From Patescibacteria group bacterium (GTDB lineage Bacteria > Patescibacteriota > Microgenomatia > UBA1400 > PJMF01): a stretch of DNA of 64,000 bases. Below, piece after piece: positions 55,966 to 64,000 of the stretch. A model generated the notes under the pieces. It was not told the DNA's origin and searched no databases. It worked only from the letters and a program-made list of their open reading frames with translations. The stretch's first letter is position 1, and each line of letters begins with the position of its first letter. The stretch lies in NCBI GenBank assembly GCA_049322655.1, contig JBMORP010000006.1:256410-320409 (forward strand), given 5' to 3'. The position numbers and the translations under genes were made by a program.

Positions 55966-57045
55966 CTATCTAGTGAAAGCTTCAACAGATCTGGCCATTG
56001 CCTGATTAAAAACACTTCCTTCTAGATCATGGCCACCACTAGGATACTCAAATAATTTTAAATTAACAGAAGAGTCTTGGAGAAGTGCTACTAAATTTCG
56101 ACTATAAGCGATTGATACTGTTTGATCATCAACTGCGTGATGTAACTGAATTTCTCCAGGATAATTTTTTAACCAAGATATTGGAGAAACCAATTGCCAA
56201 AACTTACTGCCAGAATCTAATTCACCAACTTTGGCAAAAAGGTCTGCTCTACTTGGTTGATGTTCTCTAGGTAAATCTTCCCTACGAAAACTACTATCAT
56301 TAATACCATACTCACGCATATCTGAGTAACTATAAACAGCCCCAGCCCAAATTACGCCTGCTTTAATATTGGGATTAACCGCAATAGATCTAGCAACTAT
56401 GTTGCCAGCCATACTGTGACCCCACAAACTAATTTTTTCTGCAGCCACTTCGGGCAAAGTCTTAATGCTTTCAACTGCATTTAAAACATCTAACACATAG
56501 TCATTAGAAAAATAGGCGCCAGCAGCTTCTCCCTCTGATTGATCATGACCTCTCAGATCTAACTTAAAAACTATCAAACCACTACTGGCCAAATAATCAA
56601 CATAATCTAAATAGCGTTGATTGGTTTTATAAATCTGGGGAGGAATATAGCCATGAATAAAAATTACTGCAGGAGTCGAACTCAGTTGTGCACCATCAGG
56701 TATCGTTAACAAACCATAAATCCTATAACCCTCAGCAAGATACGAAGCCCGATATTCGGTGTAATTACTTTTTTTAGCCACAGTTTCTTCAATTTTCAAA
56801 GGACTACGATCCAAAGGGATCGTTTTAATAACAGGAATAGTTAGTTCAGCAAACTCACCATATTCAGCTGTTATTTTTTCAGCTGCTGTAGTTAATTCTG
56901 CTGGTTGGTTTTCTATCAAAGTAGAGTTTTTAGTTAATAAAGCGGTTTGGTATTGAGCAACAAAAAATCTATAACTTAAAAATGAGGAACCAAAAAATAA
57001 AAAAACAATCAACCAATTTTTTTTCTGGAAAAAGAACTGCACCAA
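55966..57045 (-). CDS. alpha/beta-hydrolase (S9/dienelactone-hydrolase-like esterase or peptidase) with N-terminal membrane anchor
   Basis: GxSxG nucleophile elbow (GHSMAG), downstream Asp/His candidates, and an N-terminal TM helix. Confidence 0.75.
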   Translation of the reverse strand: MVQFFFQKKNWLIVFLFFGSSFLSYRFFVAQYQTALLTKNSTLIENQPAELTTAAEKITAEYGEFAELTIPVIKTIPLDRSPLKIEETVAKKSNYTEYRASYLAEGYRIYGLLTIPDGAQLSSTPAVIFIHGYIPPQIYKTNQRYLDYVDYLASSGLIVFKLDLRGHDQSEGEAAGAYFSNDYVLDVLNAVESIKTLPEVAAEKISLWGHSMAGNIVARSIAVNPNIKAGVIWAGAVYSYSDMREYGINDSSFRREDLPREHQPSRADLFAKVGELDSGSKFWQLVSPISWLKNYPGEIQLHHAVDDQTVSIAYSRNLVALLQDSSVNLKLFEYPSGGHDLEGSVFNQAMARSVEAFTR

Positions 57046-57430
57046 AATAGTCTAACAAAAAAGAAACAATTAGTTATTAAGATATCTAACAAATAGTTAT
57101 GTTTACTAAAAAAAATCTTTTTTCAAGTTAATTTAAAGTAATCTAGATTAGCAATTAAATAAATTTTTGTTATAAAATAGAAATTAATTATGCGAAAAAA
57201 GAAAGCTAGAAAAGCCAACGAACCAAATCAAAGTAAAATATCTAGTAATAACAACCCTGGAATATTGCCCCAATTTAAACAAAAAATTAATCAAAGAAAC
57301 TTTAGAGCAGCTAGTATCTTCATGCCTAGAAGACCTAAATAAAAATTTTAACTCTTTTAATTCATGCGACGGCTTTTTTTTGAGAAGTAATAAATGTACA
57401 ATGAGTTTAAAGTAATATTAGGAGGAAAAA

Positions 57431-58240
57431 ATGGAACTTCAGCCAAATAGTAATCTGTTAAACTTATCAGGTAAAACTGCAATCGTTACTGGAGGAGCTT
57501 TGGGAATTGGGTTTGGAATTGCTTACCGGTTAGCTGAAGCAGGCGCTAATGTTGTCATCGCCAACCGCAACCAAGAGGACGCTCAACAAGCTGTGCAAAC
57601 CTTAAAAAATAATGGTTGGTCAGCCGAAGCAGTTACTACTGATGTCTCAGTTGAAGATCAGGTCAAAAACTTAGTACAAAAAACAGTAGCATTATTTGGG
57701 AGCATAGATATCTTGGTCAATAATGCAGGAATTTTCCCTTCTATTCCCTTGGCTAAAATGACCAATGCAGACTTTTCCAAAGTAATTGAGATTAATCTCA
57801 AGGGTGTATTTTTGTGCACCAAATATGCCTCAGAGCAAATGATTCAACAAGGCAAAGGAGGAAAAATCATTAACATTACTTCCATTGATGCTCTTCACCC
57901 ATCAAGCATCGGTTTAGCTCATTATGATGCTTCAAAACATGGTGTTTGGGGATTCACCAAAAATGTTGCCTTAGAACTTGCTCAACACCAAATCTGGGTA
58001 AATGCTATTGCTCCTGGTGGAGTAGCTACTCCAGGTGTACAAAAAATGCAGGCCCAAGCACCTGTCGATCCAGCAATCGATATGACCAAAGTTATGGAAG
58101 CTTTCTTAGCCAAAATTCCAATGCATCGCATGGGCGAACCTGACGATATTGGGAAAGTGGCTTTATTTTTAGCTTCAGAGATGTCCTCTTACATGACTGG
58201 CGAACAAATTGTCGTCGATGGAGGCGCGCTGTTGTCCTAA
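57431..58240 (+). CDS. SDR-family oxidoreductase (FabG-like)
   Basis: TGGALGIGFGIA Rossmann motif, NNAG, catalytic YDASK; 269 aa. Strong RBS AGGAGG. Confidence 0.9.
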   Translation: MELQPNSNLLNLSGKTAIVTGGALGIGFGIAYRLAEAGANVVIANRNQEDAQQAVQTLKNNGWSAEAVTTDVSVEDQVKNLVQKTVALFGSIDILVNNAGIFPSIPLAKMTNADFSKVIEINLKGVFLCTKYASEQMIQQGKGGKIINITSIDALHPSSIGLAHYDASKHGVWGFTKNVALELAQHQIWVNAIAPGGVATPGVQKMQAQAPVDPAIDMTKVMEAFLAKIPMHRMGEPDDIGKVALFLASEMSSYMTGEQIVVDGGALLS

Positions 58241-58284
58241 AAACAGAATTTAAAAATAATCTGCAAAAGCTTTTAACACTAAAT

Positions 58285-58512
58285 TTAAAATTTTTTCAAC
58301 CTAAAAAGACCTTTTTTAGGTTTATAAACTTGGTCTGGATATTTTTCTAAAAGCTTCCACACACAACCATTAATAGTTTTGGGGTGAAAGGCTGGATAGG
58401 TTTCTTCTAACTTAGTTTTCAAATCTGTCCAACTCAAACCGGCTGGATACTGTTCTAACAATTCCAAAGCTTTAGCATTAATCTGACCAGTAATAGTAAG
58501 TTTCTTAATCAT
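58285..58512 (-). CDS. hypothetical small protein (75 aa)
   Basis: ORF only, immediately downstream of copZ in the same direction. Confidence 0.35.
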   Translation of the reverse strand: MIKKLTITGQINAKALELLEQYPAGLSWTDLKTKLEETYPAFHPKTINGCVWKLLEKYPDQVYKPKKGLFRLKKF

Positions 58513-58536
58513 ATAGCTAAAAAACCTTTTTAATAA

Positions 58537-58782
58537 TTACTCTTCCACTTTATAGCCCAAAGCCTCAATCGTTTTTTTAATTTTTTCTAAATTAACTTTT
58601 TCTGAATCATATTCCACTTTAGTCTCTGCTTTGGCATAGCTAGTAGTGGCACTGTTTACTCCCGTTAAATCTTCAAGCTCACCATCAATACTCATACTAC
58701 AGCTAGTACAATGCATGCCATTAATCCTCAAAGTAGCTACTGTTCCAGCTTGATTTTTATTTTTTTTAAAAAAATTTAACAT
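58537..58782 (-). CDS. copZ: heavy-metal-associated (HMA) copper chaperone
   Basis: GMHCTSCS MxCxxC motif in an 81-aa ferredoxin-like fold. Confidence 0.8.
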   Translation of the reverse strand: MLNFFKKNKNQAGTVATLRINGMHCTSCSMSIDGELEDLTGVNSATTSYAKAETKVEYDSEKVNLEKIKKTIEALGYKVEE

Positions 58783-58786
58783 ATAG

Positions 58787-59899
58787 TTAGATAACCTCCA
58801 TAATACCTGTGTACATTCCCATCGAACAAGAAAAAGTAAATTTACCTTTTCTGGTTGGGGTAAAAGTGAAACTTTGCGTATCAGTAGATTTTAAATAAGT
58901 ATTAATACCAAATTCCCTAAAAACAAAAGCCAAAGCACAAGAGTAAGTATTGTTACTTTGTAGGGTCATTTCTACTGGTACACCACTTTTCACTTTAATA
59001 TAGTTAGGTTGATAACCACGACTCAAAACATCTATTTTTATTTGTTGAACACCATTTTTTACACCAACACTATTGCCAGCCTGTTCAAATCTATCTGCAG
59101 AAAAAAAATAAGTAATTGGTTGAACAATTTTATTGAGTGTAAGCGGTGAATCAACTACTAATAAAACTCCATTAACACTATAAACAGCCATACCAATGAG
59201 AACGGTTGCCGCAAGCTTAGTAAATTTTTGATACCAACCCTCACTAAGCTTAGCTGTGGCTACACCCAAAATAGCAAATAATGGAGAAGTCCCCAAAATG
59301 AAAGTAAACATAATTGCTGCGCCAACAAAAGGATTGCCAGAGTTAATGGCTAATACCTCCATCGCTTGAGTTACTCCACAAGGAATAAAAATCGTCATCA
59401 AGCCCAATACGGCTGGAGCAAATAAAGCCTGACTTTTACTTGTTCCCCTAATTAATCTTTGAAGAAACTTGGGTGGTTGAAAAGCTAAATGACGAAAAAT
59501 AGGGTGAACATCCAATAAGTTCATGGCTGTGGCAAACATAAAAACAGCAGTGAAAACTTGAAAAGTTAATCTCATGCCTAAACTTAAAGTTATGGTTGAA
59601 CCAAGCAAACCTAGTAAAAAACCCAAAATGGTGTGAGCAACTAACTTAGCCAATAAAAACATCAAGACTGGCAACCAGTCTAATTGATCGAAAGACTGTA
59701 AAGAAAAACTATTTTCTTGTAAAGATTTTAAATATTTTTCTTTCCTCTTGGCTTTTTCTTTAACTTTGTTGTCATCAACTTCATCACGTTCTTGTTCTTT
59801 TTGGTTGGCAACCACACTAGCCAACAAGCCACCTTGCATCGCTAAACAAGATAACCCTCCTGTAGTTAAACCTGTTAGAAAAATAACTAATAAATCCAT
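58787..59899 (-). CDS. membrane protein with N-terminal DsbD/UreH-like transmembrane domain and C-terminal cupredoxin-like soluble domain (putative Cu-handling permease)
   Basis: GLTTGGLSCLAMQGGLL motif in TM1, a second Cys-containing TM segment (IFIPCGVTQAM), and a C-terminal beta-rich domain with a Cys/Met cluster (FSCSMGMYTG). Confidence 0.5.
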   Translation of the reverse strand: MDLLVIFLTGLTTGGLSCLAMQGGLLASVVANQKEQERDEVDDNKVKEKAKRKEKYLKSLQENSFSLQSFDQLDWLPVLMFLLAKLVAHTILGFLLGLLGSTITLSLGMRLTFQVFTAVFMFATAMNLLDVHPIFRHLAFQPPKFLQRLIRGTSKSQALFAPAVLGLMTIFIPCGVTQAMEVLAINSGNPFVGAAIMFTFILGTSPLFAILGVATAKLSEGWYQKFTKLAATVLIGMAVYSVNGVLLVVDSPLTLNKIVQPITYFFSADRFEQAGNSVGVKNGVQQIKIDVLSRGYQPNYIKVKSGVPVEMTLQSNNTYSCALAFVFREFGINTYLKSTDTQSFTFTPTRKGKFTFSCSMGMYTGIMEVI

Positions 59900-59912
59900 A
59901 ATTTTCTCCTTG

Positions 59913-62129
59913 TTATAATTTAATGCTCTTTAACCTCAAAGCATTTAATACCACACTTACACTTGAAAAAGCCATAGCTGCCCCAGCCATCATTGGATTC
60001 AACAGTACCCCAAAAGGCCAATACAATACTCCCATCGCCACTGGAATTAATAACACGTTGTAACCAAAAGCCCAAAACAGGTTTTGGCTGATATTCCTCA
60101 TCGTCGCTTTGGAAAGTTTGATGGCGGTTGGTACCAAACCGATATCACTTCGTAACAAAGTTACTCCAGCTGACTCAATCGCCACATCGGTGCCTCCACC
60201 CATTGCAATCCCCACATCAGCCGCAGCTAGTGCCGGAGCATCATTAATACCATCACCAACCATTGCGACCACTCCAAAATCTTTTCTTAATTGTCGCACC
60301 ACTCGTTCCTTATCTTTTGGCAAAACTTCAGCCACCACTTCATCTATGCCCAATTTATCAGCAATAATTTTGGCAGTTGTTTGGTTATCACCGGTTAACA
60401 TCACGGTTCTAATATTTTCCTCTTTTAATGAATCAATTACTGTAACAGAATTAACTTTTTCTTTATCAGCAATACCCAATATTGCTACTAGTTTTTTAGC
60501 TATCACCACCAGCACTAAAGTCTGGCCATTATTTTTTAATGAATCCACTTTTTCTTGCTCAGCAACAGTCAATTTAACTTTCAACTCTGTCAATAATTTT
60601 TCATTACCCACAGCCACTTGCTTACCATCAACTTGAGCAATCACTCCTTTACCGCCAATATCTTTAAAATCAGTCACTTCACTAAGCTTAACTTTTGGTT
60701 TGAGTAGTTTATCTGCATACTCAGTCAGGGCCGTAGCTAATGGATGATGAGATAATTCTTCAACTTTTTTAATCACTGCCAAAACTTGTTGCTGATTAGT
60801 TGTCATAAAATCAGCTTGCTGAACACGAGGTTTACCTTCTGTTAAGGTGCCGGTTTTATCAAATACAACTGTCTTAACCTTATTAGCCACTTCTAAAGCC
60901 TGAGCATCTTTAATTAAAACTCCCAATTTTGCTCCTTTACCAATCCCCACCATTAATGAAGTCGGTGTTGCTAAACCCAAAGCACATGGACAAGCAATAA
61001 TTAACACATTAATCATGCTCACCAAAGCAAATAATAACCTTGGCTCTGGACCAAAGATCAGCCACCCTACAAAAGTCAAAATTGCTAAAATAATCACTGT
61101 AGGCACAAAATAAGAAGAAATTTTGTCAACTAAAGCCTGAATTTGTGGTCTAGAACCTTGAGCTTCTTTGACCAAACGAATAATACTAGCCAACATGGTT
61201 TCATTGCCCACTTTGGTTGCCTTGATTTCAATACTACCTGATTGGTTGATAGTAGCGCCTACTACTTCATCCTTAACCATTTTCGTAACAGGCAAACTTT
61301 CTCCAGTAACCATACTTTCATCTAATGAAGTTTCACCTTTGATAATCACCCCATCAACTGGAACTTTTTGACCAGGTTTAACTAATAACACATCACCAAT
61401 TTGCACTTGATCAATTGGTACTTCCACCCATTGATTTTTTTTCTTCAACCAAGCAGTTTTGGCCTGTAAATTAAGTAACTCTTTAATCGCTGCTGAAGTT
61501 TTGGCTTTAGCTCTAATTTCCAGAAATTTACCCAATAAAATAAAAGTAATAATGGCAGCCGCTGCCTCAAAATAAACATGAGTATCAAGCCCATGACTCA
61601 TAAACCATTCTTCCCAAAGAGTCACGATTACTGAATAAAAATAAGCCACTGAAGTGCCTAGTACCACTAAAGTATCCATATTAGTAGTTTTATTTTTTAA
61701 ACTAGACCAAGCTCCTTGGTAAAATCTACTACCAGCCCAAAATTGAACTGGGGTAGCTATCAACCATTGGAACCAAGGGTTATAAAAAATAGCAGGTAGA
61801 TTGGGCAACATCCCAGAAAGCAAAACAGTAGAGAATACCCCACCTACTAGCAACTTATTTTTCATCAACTTTAACTCTTTAGCTCGCTCTTGTTCTTGAA
61901 TATCTTCATCTACTTCCAAATGTGCCATGTAGCCCAAAGAATTAACGGCTGCAACTAAATCGGTTGTCGCAGCTTGATTATCATCAAACACTACAGTCGC
62001 CTGCTCATTAGCATAATTAACATTAGCTTCAATCACCCCTTTAGTTTTGGTTAACTTTCTGGTGGTGTTACTAGCACAACTGACACAATGCATCCCAGAA
62101 ACATGAAAAGATATGGTTTGCTTAGACAT
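59913..62129 (-). CDS. copA: copper-translocating P1B-type ATPase
   Basis: N-terminal HMA domain (GMHCVSCA), CPC in TM6 ([12 protein letters not shown]), [17 protein letters not shown]. Confidence 0.9.
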   Translation of the reverse strand: MSKQTISFHVSGMHCVSCASNTTRKLTKTKGVIEANVNYANEQATVVFDDNQAATTDLVAAVNSLGYMAHLEVDEDIQEQERAKELKLMKNKLLVGGVFSTVLLSGMLPNLPAIFYNPWFQWLIATPVQFWAGSRFYQGAWSSLKNKTTNMDTLVVLGTSVAYFYSVIVTLWEEWFMSHGLDTHVYFEAAAAIITFILLGKFLEIRAKAKTSAAIKELLNLQAKTAWLKKKNQWVEVPIDQVQIGDVLLVKPGQKVPVDGVIIKGETSLDESMVTGESLPVTKMVKDEVVGATINQSGSIEIKATKVGNETMLASIIRLVKEAQGSRPQIQALVDKISSYFVPTVIILAILTFVGWLIFGPEPRLLFALVSMINVLIIACPCALGLATPTSLMVGIGKGAKLGVLIKDAQALEVANKVKTVVFDKTGTLTEGKPRVQQADFMTTNQQQVLAVIKKVEELSHHPLATALTEYADKLLKPKVKLSEVTDFKDIGGKGVIAQVDGKQVAVGNEKLLTELKVKLTVAEQEKVDSLKNNGQTLVLVVIAKKLVAILGIADKEKVNSVTVIDSLKEENIRTVMLTGDNQTTAKIIADKLGIDEVVAEVLPKDKERVVRQLRKDFGVVAMVGDGINDAPALAAADVGIAMGGGTDVAIESAGVTLLRSDIGLVPTAIKLSKATMRNISQNLFWAFGYNVLLIPVAMGVLYWPFGVLLNPMMAGAAMAFSSVSVVLNALRLKSIKL

Positions 62130-62661
62130 ACTTAGTTGGATCCTGTTGAAATAACTTCATACAACCACTGGCACAAAAATAATAAGTTTGATGATCATGA
62201 TCACAACTAAAGCCAGCCGTTTTGGGAGAAATTCTCATCCGACAAACAGGATCATGAACTAAAGGCACTAAGTCGTTGATTTTCATCATCGCCTCCTTAG
62301 TAGATTGACCACTTTCGACTAATTGCTGAATAGTAATCTCTCGCATTAAATCACTGGCTTGAATAAACTTTTTATCAGCTAAGGAATAAAAGACCTGTTT
62401 ACCATCACGACGAGTTTTAACAATGCCAGTATCACGCAATAACATCAGATGTTGGCTAATGTTAGCCTGTGGTAAATCAAGCATTTGGTGAATATCACTG
62501 ACTGATAACTCTTGGTCTCTAATCAGATGAATAATTTCTAAACGCTTGGGATGAGCCAAAGCTTTTAATAACTGTGCATGTAATGCAAATACTTCAGAAT
62601 ACATATTCGATATTATGAATATGTTTTTAAATGATGCAAGTGGGAAAATCATGTTTGACAA
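62122..62661 (-). CDS. ArsR/SmtB-family metalloregulator fused to a C-terminal YHS/TRASH-like metal-binding domain
   Basis: ArsR HTH ([16 protein letters not shown]...[16 protein letters not shown]) and a C-terminal DPVCRM...FCASGC segment. The track start is a TTG; the true start is more likely ATG at 62652 or 62604. Confidence 0.8.
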   Translation of the reverse strand: MSNMIFPLASFKNIFIISNMYSEVFALHAQLLKALAHPKRLEIIHLIRDQELSVSDIHQMLDLPQANISQHLMLLRDTGIVKTRRDGKQVFYSLADKKFIQASDLMREITIQQLVESGQSTKEAMMKINDLVPLVHDPVCRMRISPKTAGFSCDHDHQTYYFCASGCMKLFQQDPTKYV

Positions 62662-62683
62662 ATCAACTCAATAGTTATATTAT
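62655..62683 (+). promoter_or_regulatory. sigma70-type promoter TTGACA-N17-TATTAT driving the DUF5320-like and DUF134 genes
   Basis: Consensus -35 at 62655..62660, 17-nt spacer, and -10 at 62678..62683. A good RBS (AAGGAG) precedes the ATG at 62718. Confidence 0.5.
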
Positions 62684-62701
62684 GAATATATATTCATAAT
62701 A
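62678..62701. promoter_or_regulatory. perfect 24-nt palindromic operator TATTATGAATAT|ATATTCATAATA (ArsR/SmtB-type 12-12 site)
   Basis: Perfect inverted repeat overlapping the -10 element. The 12-mer TATTATGAATAT recurs at 62611..62622 as part of an imperfect palindrome near the likely arsR start. Confidence 0.55.
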
Positions 62702-62717
62702 ATAAGAAAGGAGAACC

Positions 62718-62826
62718 TATGCCAAATAGAGATGGTACCGGCCCAAATGGTAAAGGACCTAGGACTGGTCGTAAAATGGGGAGCTGTAAACCAAAAATAA
62801 ATTCACCTAAAAAAAGTAAAAAATAA
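62718..62826 (+). CDS. small DUF5320-like ORF (MPNRDGTGPNGKGP...) with an apparent +1 frameshift near 62758
   Basis: N-terminal MPxxDGTGPxGxGP motif as recalled for small proteins encoded beside DUF134 genes. Frame 1 stops after 18 codons (…GPKDWS*). Dropping one A in CCTAAGG restores ...RTGRKMGSCKPKINSPKKSKK*, ending at 62826. Confidence 0.35.
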
Positions 62827-62843
62827 TTTTTAAATAGATTTTT

Positions 62844-63119
62844 ATGCCAAGACCTAAAAAGCTTCGTAGATTGAGATTTGATCCAAATGTTATTTACTTC
62901 AAACCAAGAGGTGTTCCCTTAAGCGAACTTGAAGAAGTGATTTTGGAGACAGATGAAATAGAGGCCTTAAAATTGCATGATGTTAATCAACTCAATCAAA
63001 ATAAAGCTGCTAAAGAAATGAAAATTTCTCAACCAACTTTTACCAGAATTTTAAACTCTGCTTATAAAAAATTGGCTGACGGGATTATTAATGGCAAAGC
63101 CATTAGAATTAAAAAATAA
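62844..63119 (+). CDS. DUF134-family predicted DNA-binding protein (sigma-70 region-4-like HTH)
   Basis: MPRPKK.RR..F.P.V.YFKP.G N-terminus and a C-terminal HTH (AAKEMKISQPTFTRILNSA); 91 aa. Confidence 0.75.
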   Translation: MPRPKKLRRLRFDPNVIYFKPRGVPLSELEEVILETDEIEALKLHDVNQLNQNKAAKEMKISQPTFTRILNSAYKKLADGIINGKAIRIKK

Positions 63120-63126
63120 GAAAAAT

Positions 63127-64000
63127 TTATTTTGTTAAAGGAAGCGAAAAAGCAAAAACACTTCCCTTTCCTAGTTTTGATTCAACTAACTTTAAATCAC
63201 CCCTCATATTTTGACAAATTTGCTTAGAAATATATAAACCAAGACCTGTTCCAGCTTGTCTCATCTTACCAGTATCAAATTGTTTAAATTTTTCAAAAAG
63301 CTTATCCTTATCTGAATCTTTAATTCCAACTCCAGTATCAGCAACATAAACAAAAGCATGAGTATCGTCTTTCTTAGTAGTAATCGTAATCTTACCTTTA
63401 GTTGTAAATTTCAAAGCATTACCTAATAAATTATTAAGTATTTGAGAGACTTTATCTCTATCTGCTTCTACTACCAAATCTGTCAACGCTATAAATTCTA
63501 AAGAAAGATTCTTTTCTTGAGCCACTATGTTTAACAACTTAGCTTGTTCTTGAATAAGTTCTTTTAAGTTAAATTTAGAAAAATTATATTCCAGCTTACC
63601 AGCTTCAATTCTAGAAACGTTCAACATATCATTTACTAAATTAATTAATCTTTTACTTGAACTTTTAACATCCTTAAGTGGCTCTTGGATATTTTTAGCA
63701 ACTTTTCCATAGTCTCCATCAATGATCATACTAATCAAACCATCAATTGCTGTTAATGGAGTTCTCAACTCATGAGAAGCTACAGAAACAAACTCATCTT
63801 TCATCCTAGCTAGATCTTTTTCTTGAGTGATATCTCTTTCTATACCAACAAAAAATAGAATTTTTCCTCGGTCATCAAAAACTGGGGCAATTTTAATCTC
63901 TGCTTCATAAATAGTTCCATTCTTACGCTTATTAACCAATTGACCTGAATAATTTTGTTTCTTATTTTTGATAATATCCCACATGTTCTGATAAAAAGAA
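63127..64000 (-). CDS. sensor histidine kinase (PAS-HisKA-HATPase_c), N-terminus truncated by the window end
   Basis: H-box ASHELRTPL, N-box LLGNALKFT, G-boxes DTGVGI and GTGLGL. The reading frame stays open upstream of the first Met to coordinate 64000. Confidence 0.8.
   Translation of the reverse strand, partial: SFYQNMWDIIKNKKQNYSGQLVNKRKNGTIYEAEIKIAPVFDDRGKILFFVGIERDITQEKDLARMKDEFVSVASHELRTPLTAIDGLISMIIDGDYGKVAKNIQEPLKDVKSSSKRLINLVNDMLNVSRIEAGKLEYNFSKFNLKELIQEQAKLLNIVAQEKNLSLEFIALTDLVVEADRDKVSQILNNLLGNALKFTTKGKITITTKKDDTHAFVYVADTGVGIKDSDKDKLFEKFKQFDTGKMRQAGTGLGLYISKQICQNMRGDLKLVESKLGKGSVFAFSLPLTK

Noticed and set aside
1311-60636. Numerous 60-175-aa ORFs embedded antisense or out of frame within long well-supported genes (for example 1311..1493, 2632..2829, 5084..5332, 7856..8119, 8356..8550, 10110..10334, 10407..10667, 19019..19405, 19706..20041, 60109..60636, 61168..61371)
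   Set aside because: They lie entirely inside conserved CDSs on the opposite strand or in an alternative frame. Their translations are low-complexity and show no motifs.
1-64000. Mobile elements, prophage, CRISPR-Cas or a defence island
   Set aside because: No transposase, integrase, recombinase, phage structural or cas gene was seen. Apart from the operator palindromes, no long terminal inverted or direct repeats were found.

Overview
This is a gene-dense, low-GC bacterial chromosomal segment with about 65 protein-coding genes, mostly on the minus strand, and it uses the standard genetic code. Long ORFs end at ordinary stops, and the single in-frame TAA found looks like a lesion rather than recoding. 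The gene content suggests a small-genome organism with a Gram-positive-type cell envelope, plausibly Patescibacteria/CPR and perhaps Saccharibacteria-like, but that is inference only. Supporting genes are a sortase with a Pro/Thr-repeat surface protein, an LCP protein, enolase, cofactor-independent phosphoglycerate mutase, malic enzyme, Upp and a GuaC-like salvage enzyme, QueA, and an unusual bacterial RRM RNA-binding protein. No respiratory-chain genes are visible. Housekeeping genes identified are trxB, trxA, dnaG, xseA/xseB, rarA, gpmI, eno, queA, upp and a pseudouridine synthase. Two tRNA genes (Ser-CGA and a putative Arg-GCG) sit on the minus strand around a PMCA/SERCA-type P-type ATPase. 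No CRISPR array, transposase, integrase or phage gene was seen. Accessory content worth attention: (1) a two-Cys CstR-like CsoR-family repressor with a near-canonical CsoR operator directly upstream of a csoR-trxA-trxB gene string; (2) an 805-aa protein with two tandem ATP-grasp ligase domains, plus a separate stand-alone cyanophycin-synthetase-like ATP-grasp; (3) an extracytoplasmic redox cluster of a ferric-reductase-like membrane protein, two tandem membrane-anchored cytochrome b5-domain proteins and CcdA, with a DsbD/TlpA fusion and a Met-rich thioredoxin-like protein elsewhere; (4) a minimal [FeFe]-hydrogenase H-cluster-domain protein with TSPC in place of the TSCCP proton-relay motif, translationally coupled to a small membrane protein; (5) a copper-export operon (ArsR-YHS regulator, CopA, membrane protein with a cupredoxin-like domain, CopZ) whose divergent intergenic region carries a perfect 24-nt palindrome over the -10 of a consensus promoter for a frameshifted DUF5320-like small ORF and a DUF134 gene; (6) a two-component system with a CpxP/Spy-like secreted protein; and (7) a three-gene block of unknown proteins and a SAM methyltransferase whose composition looks atypical.
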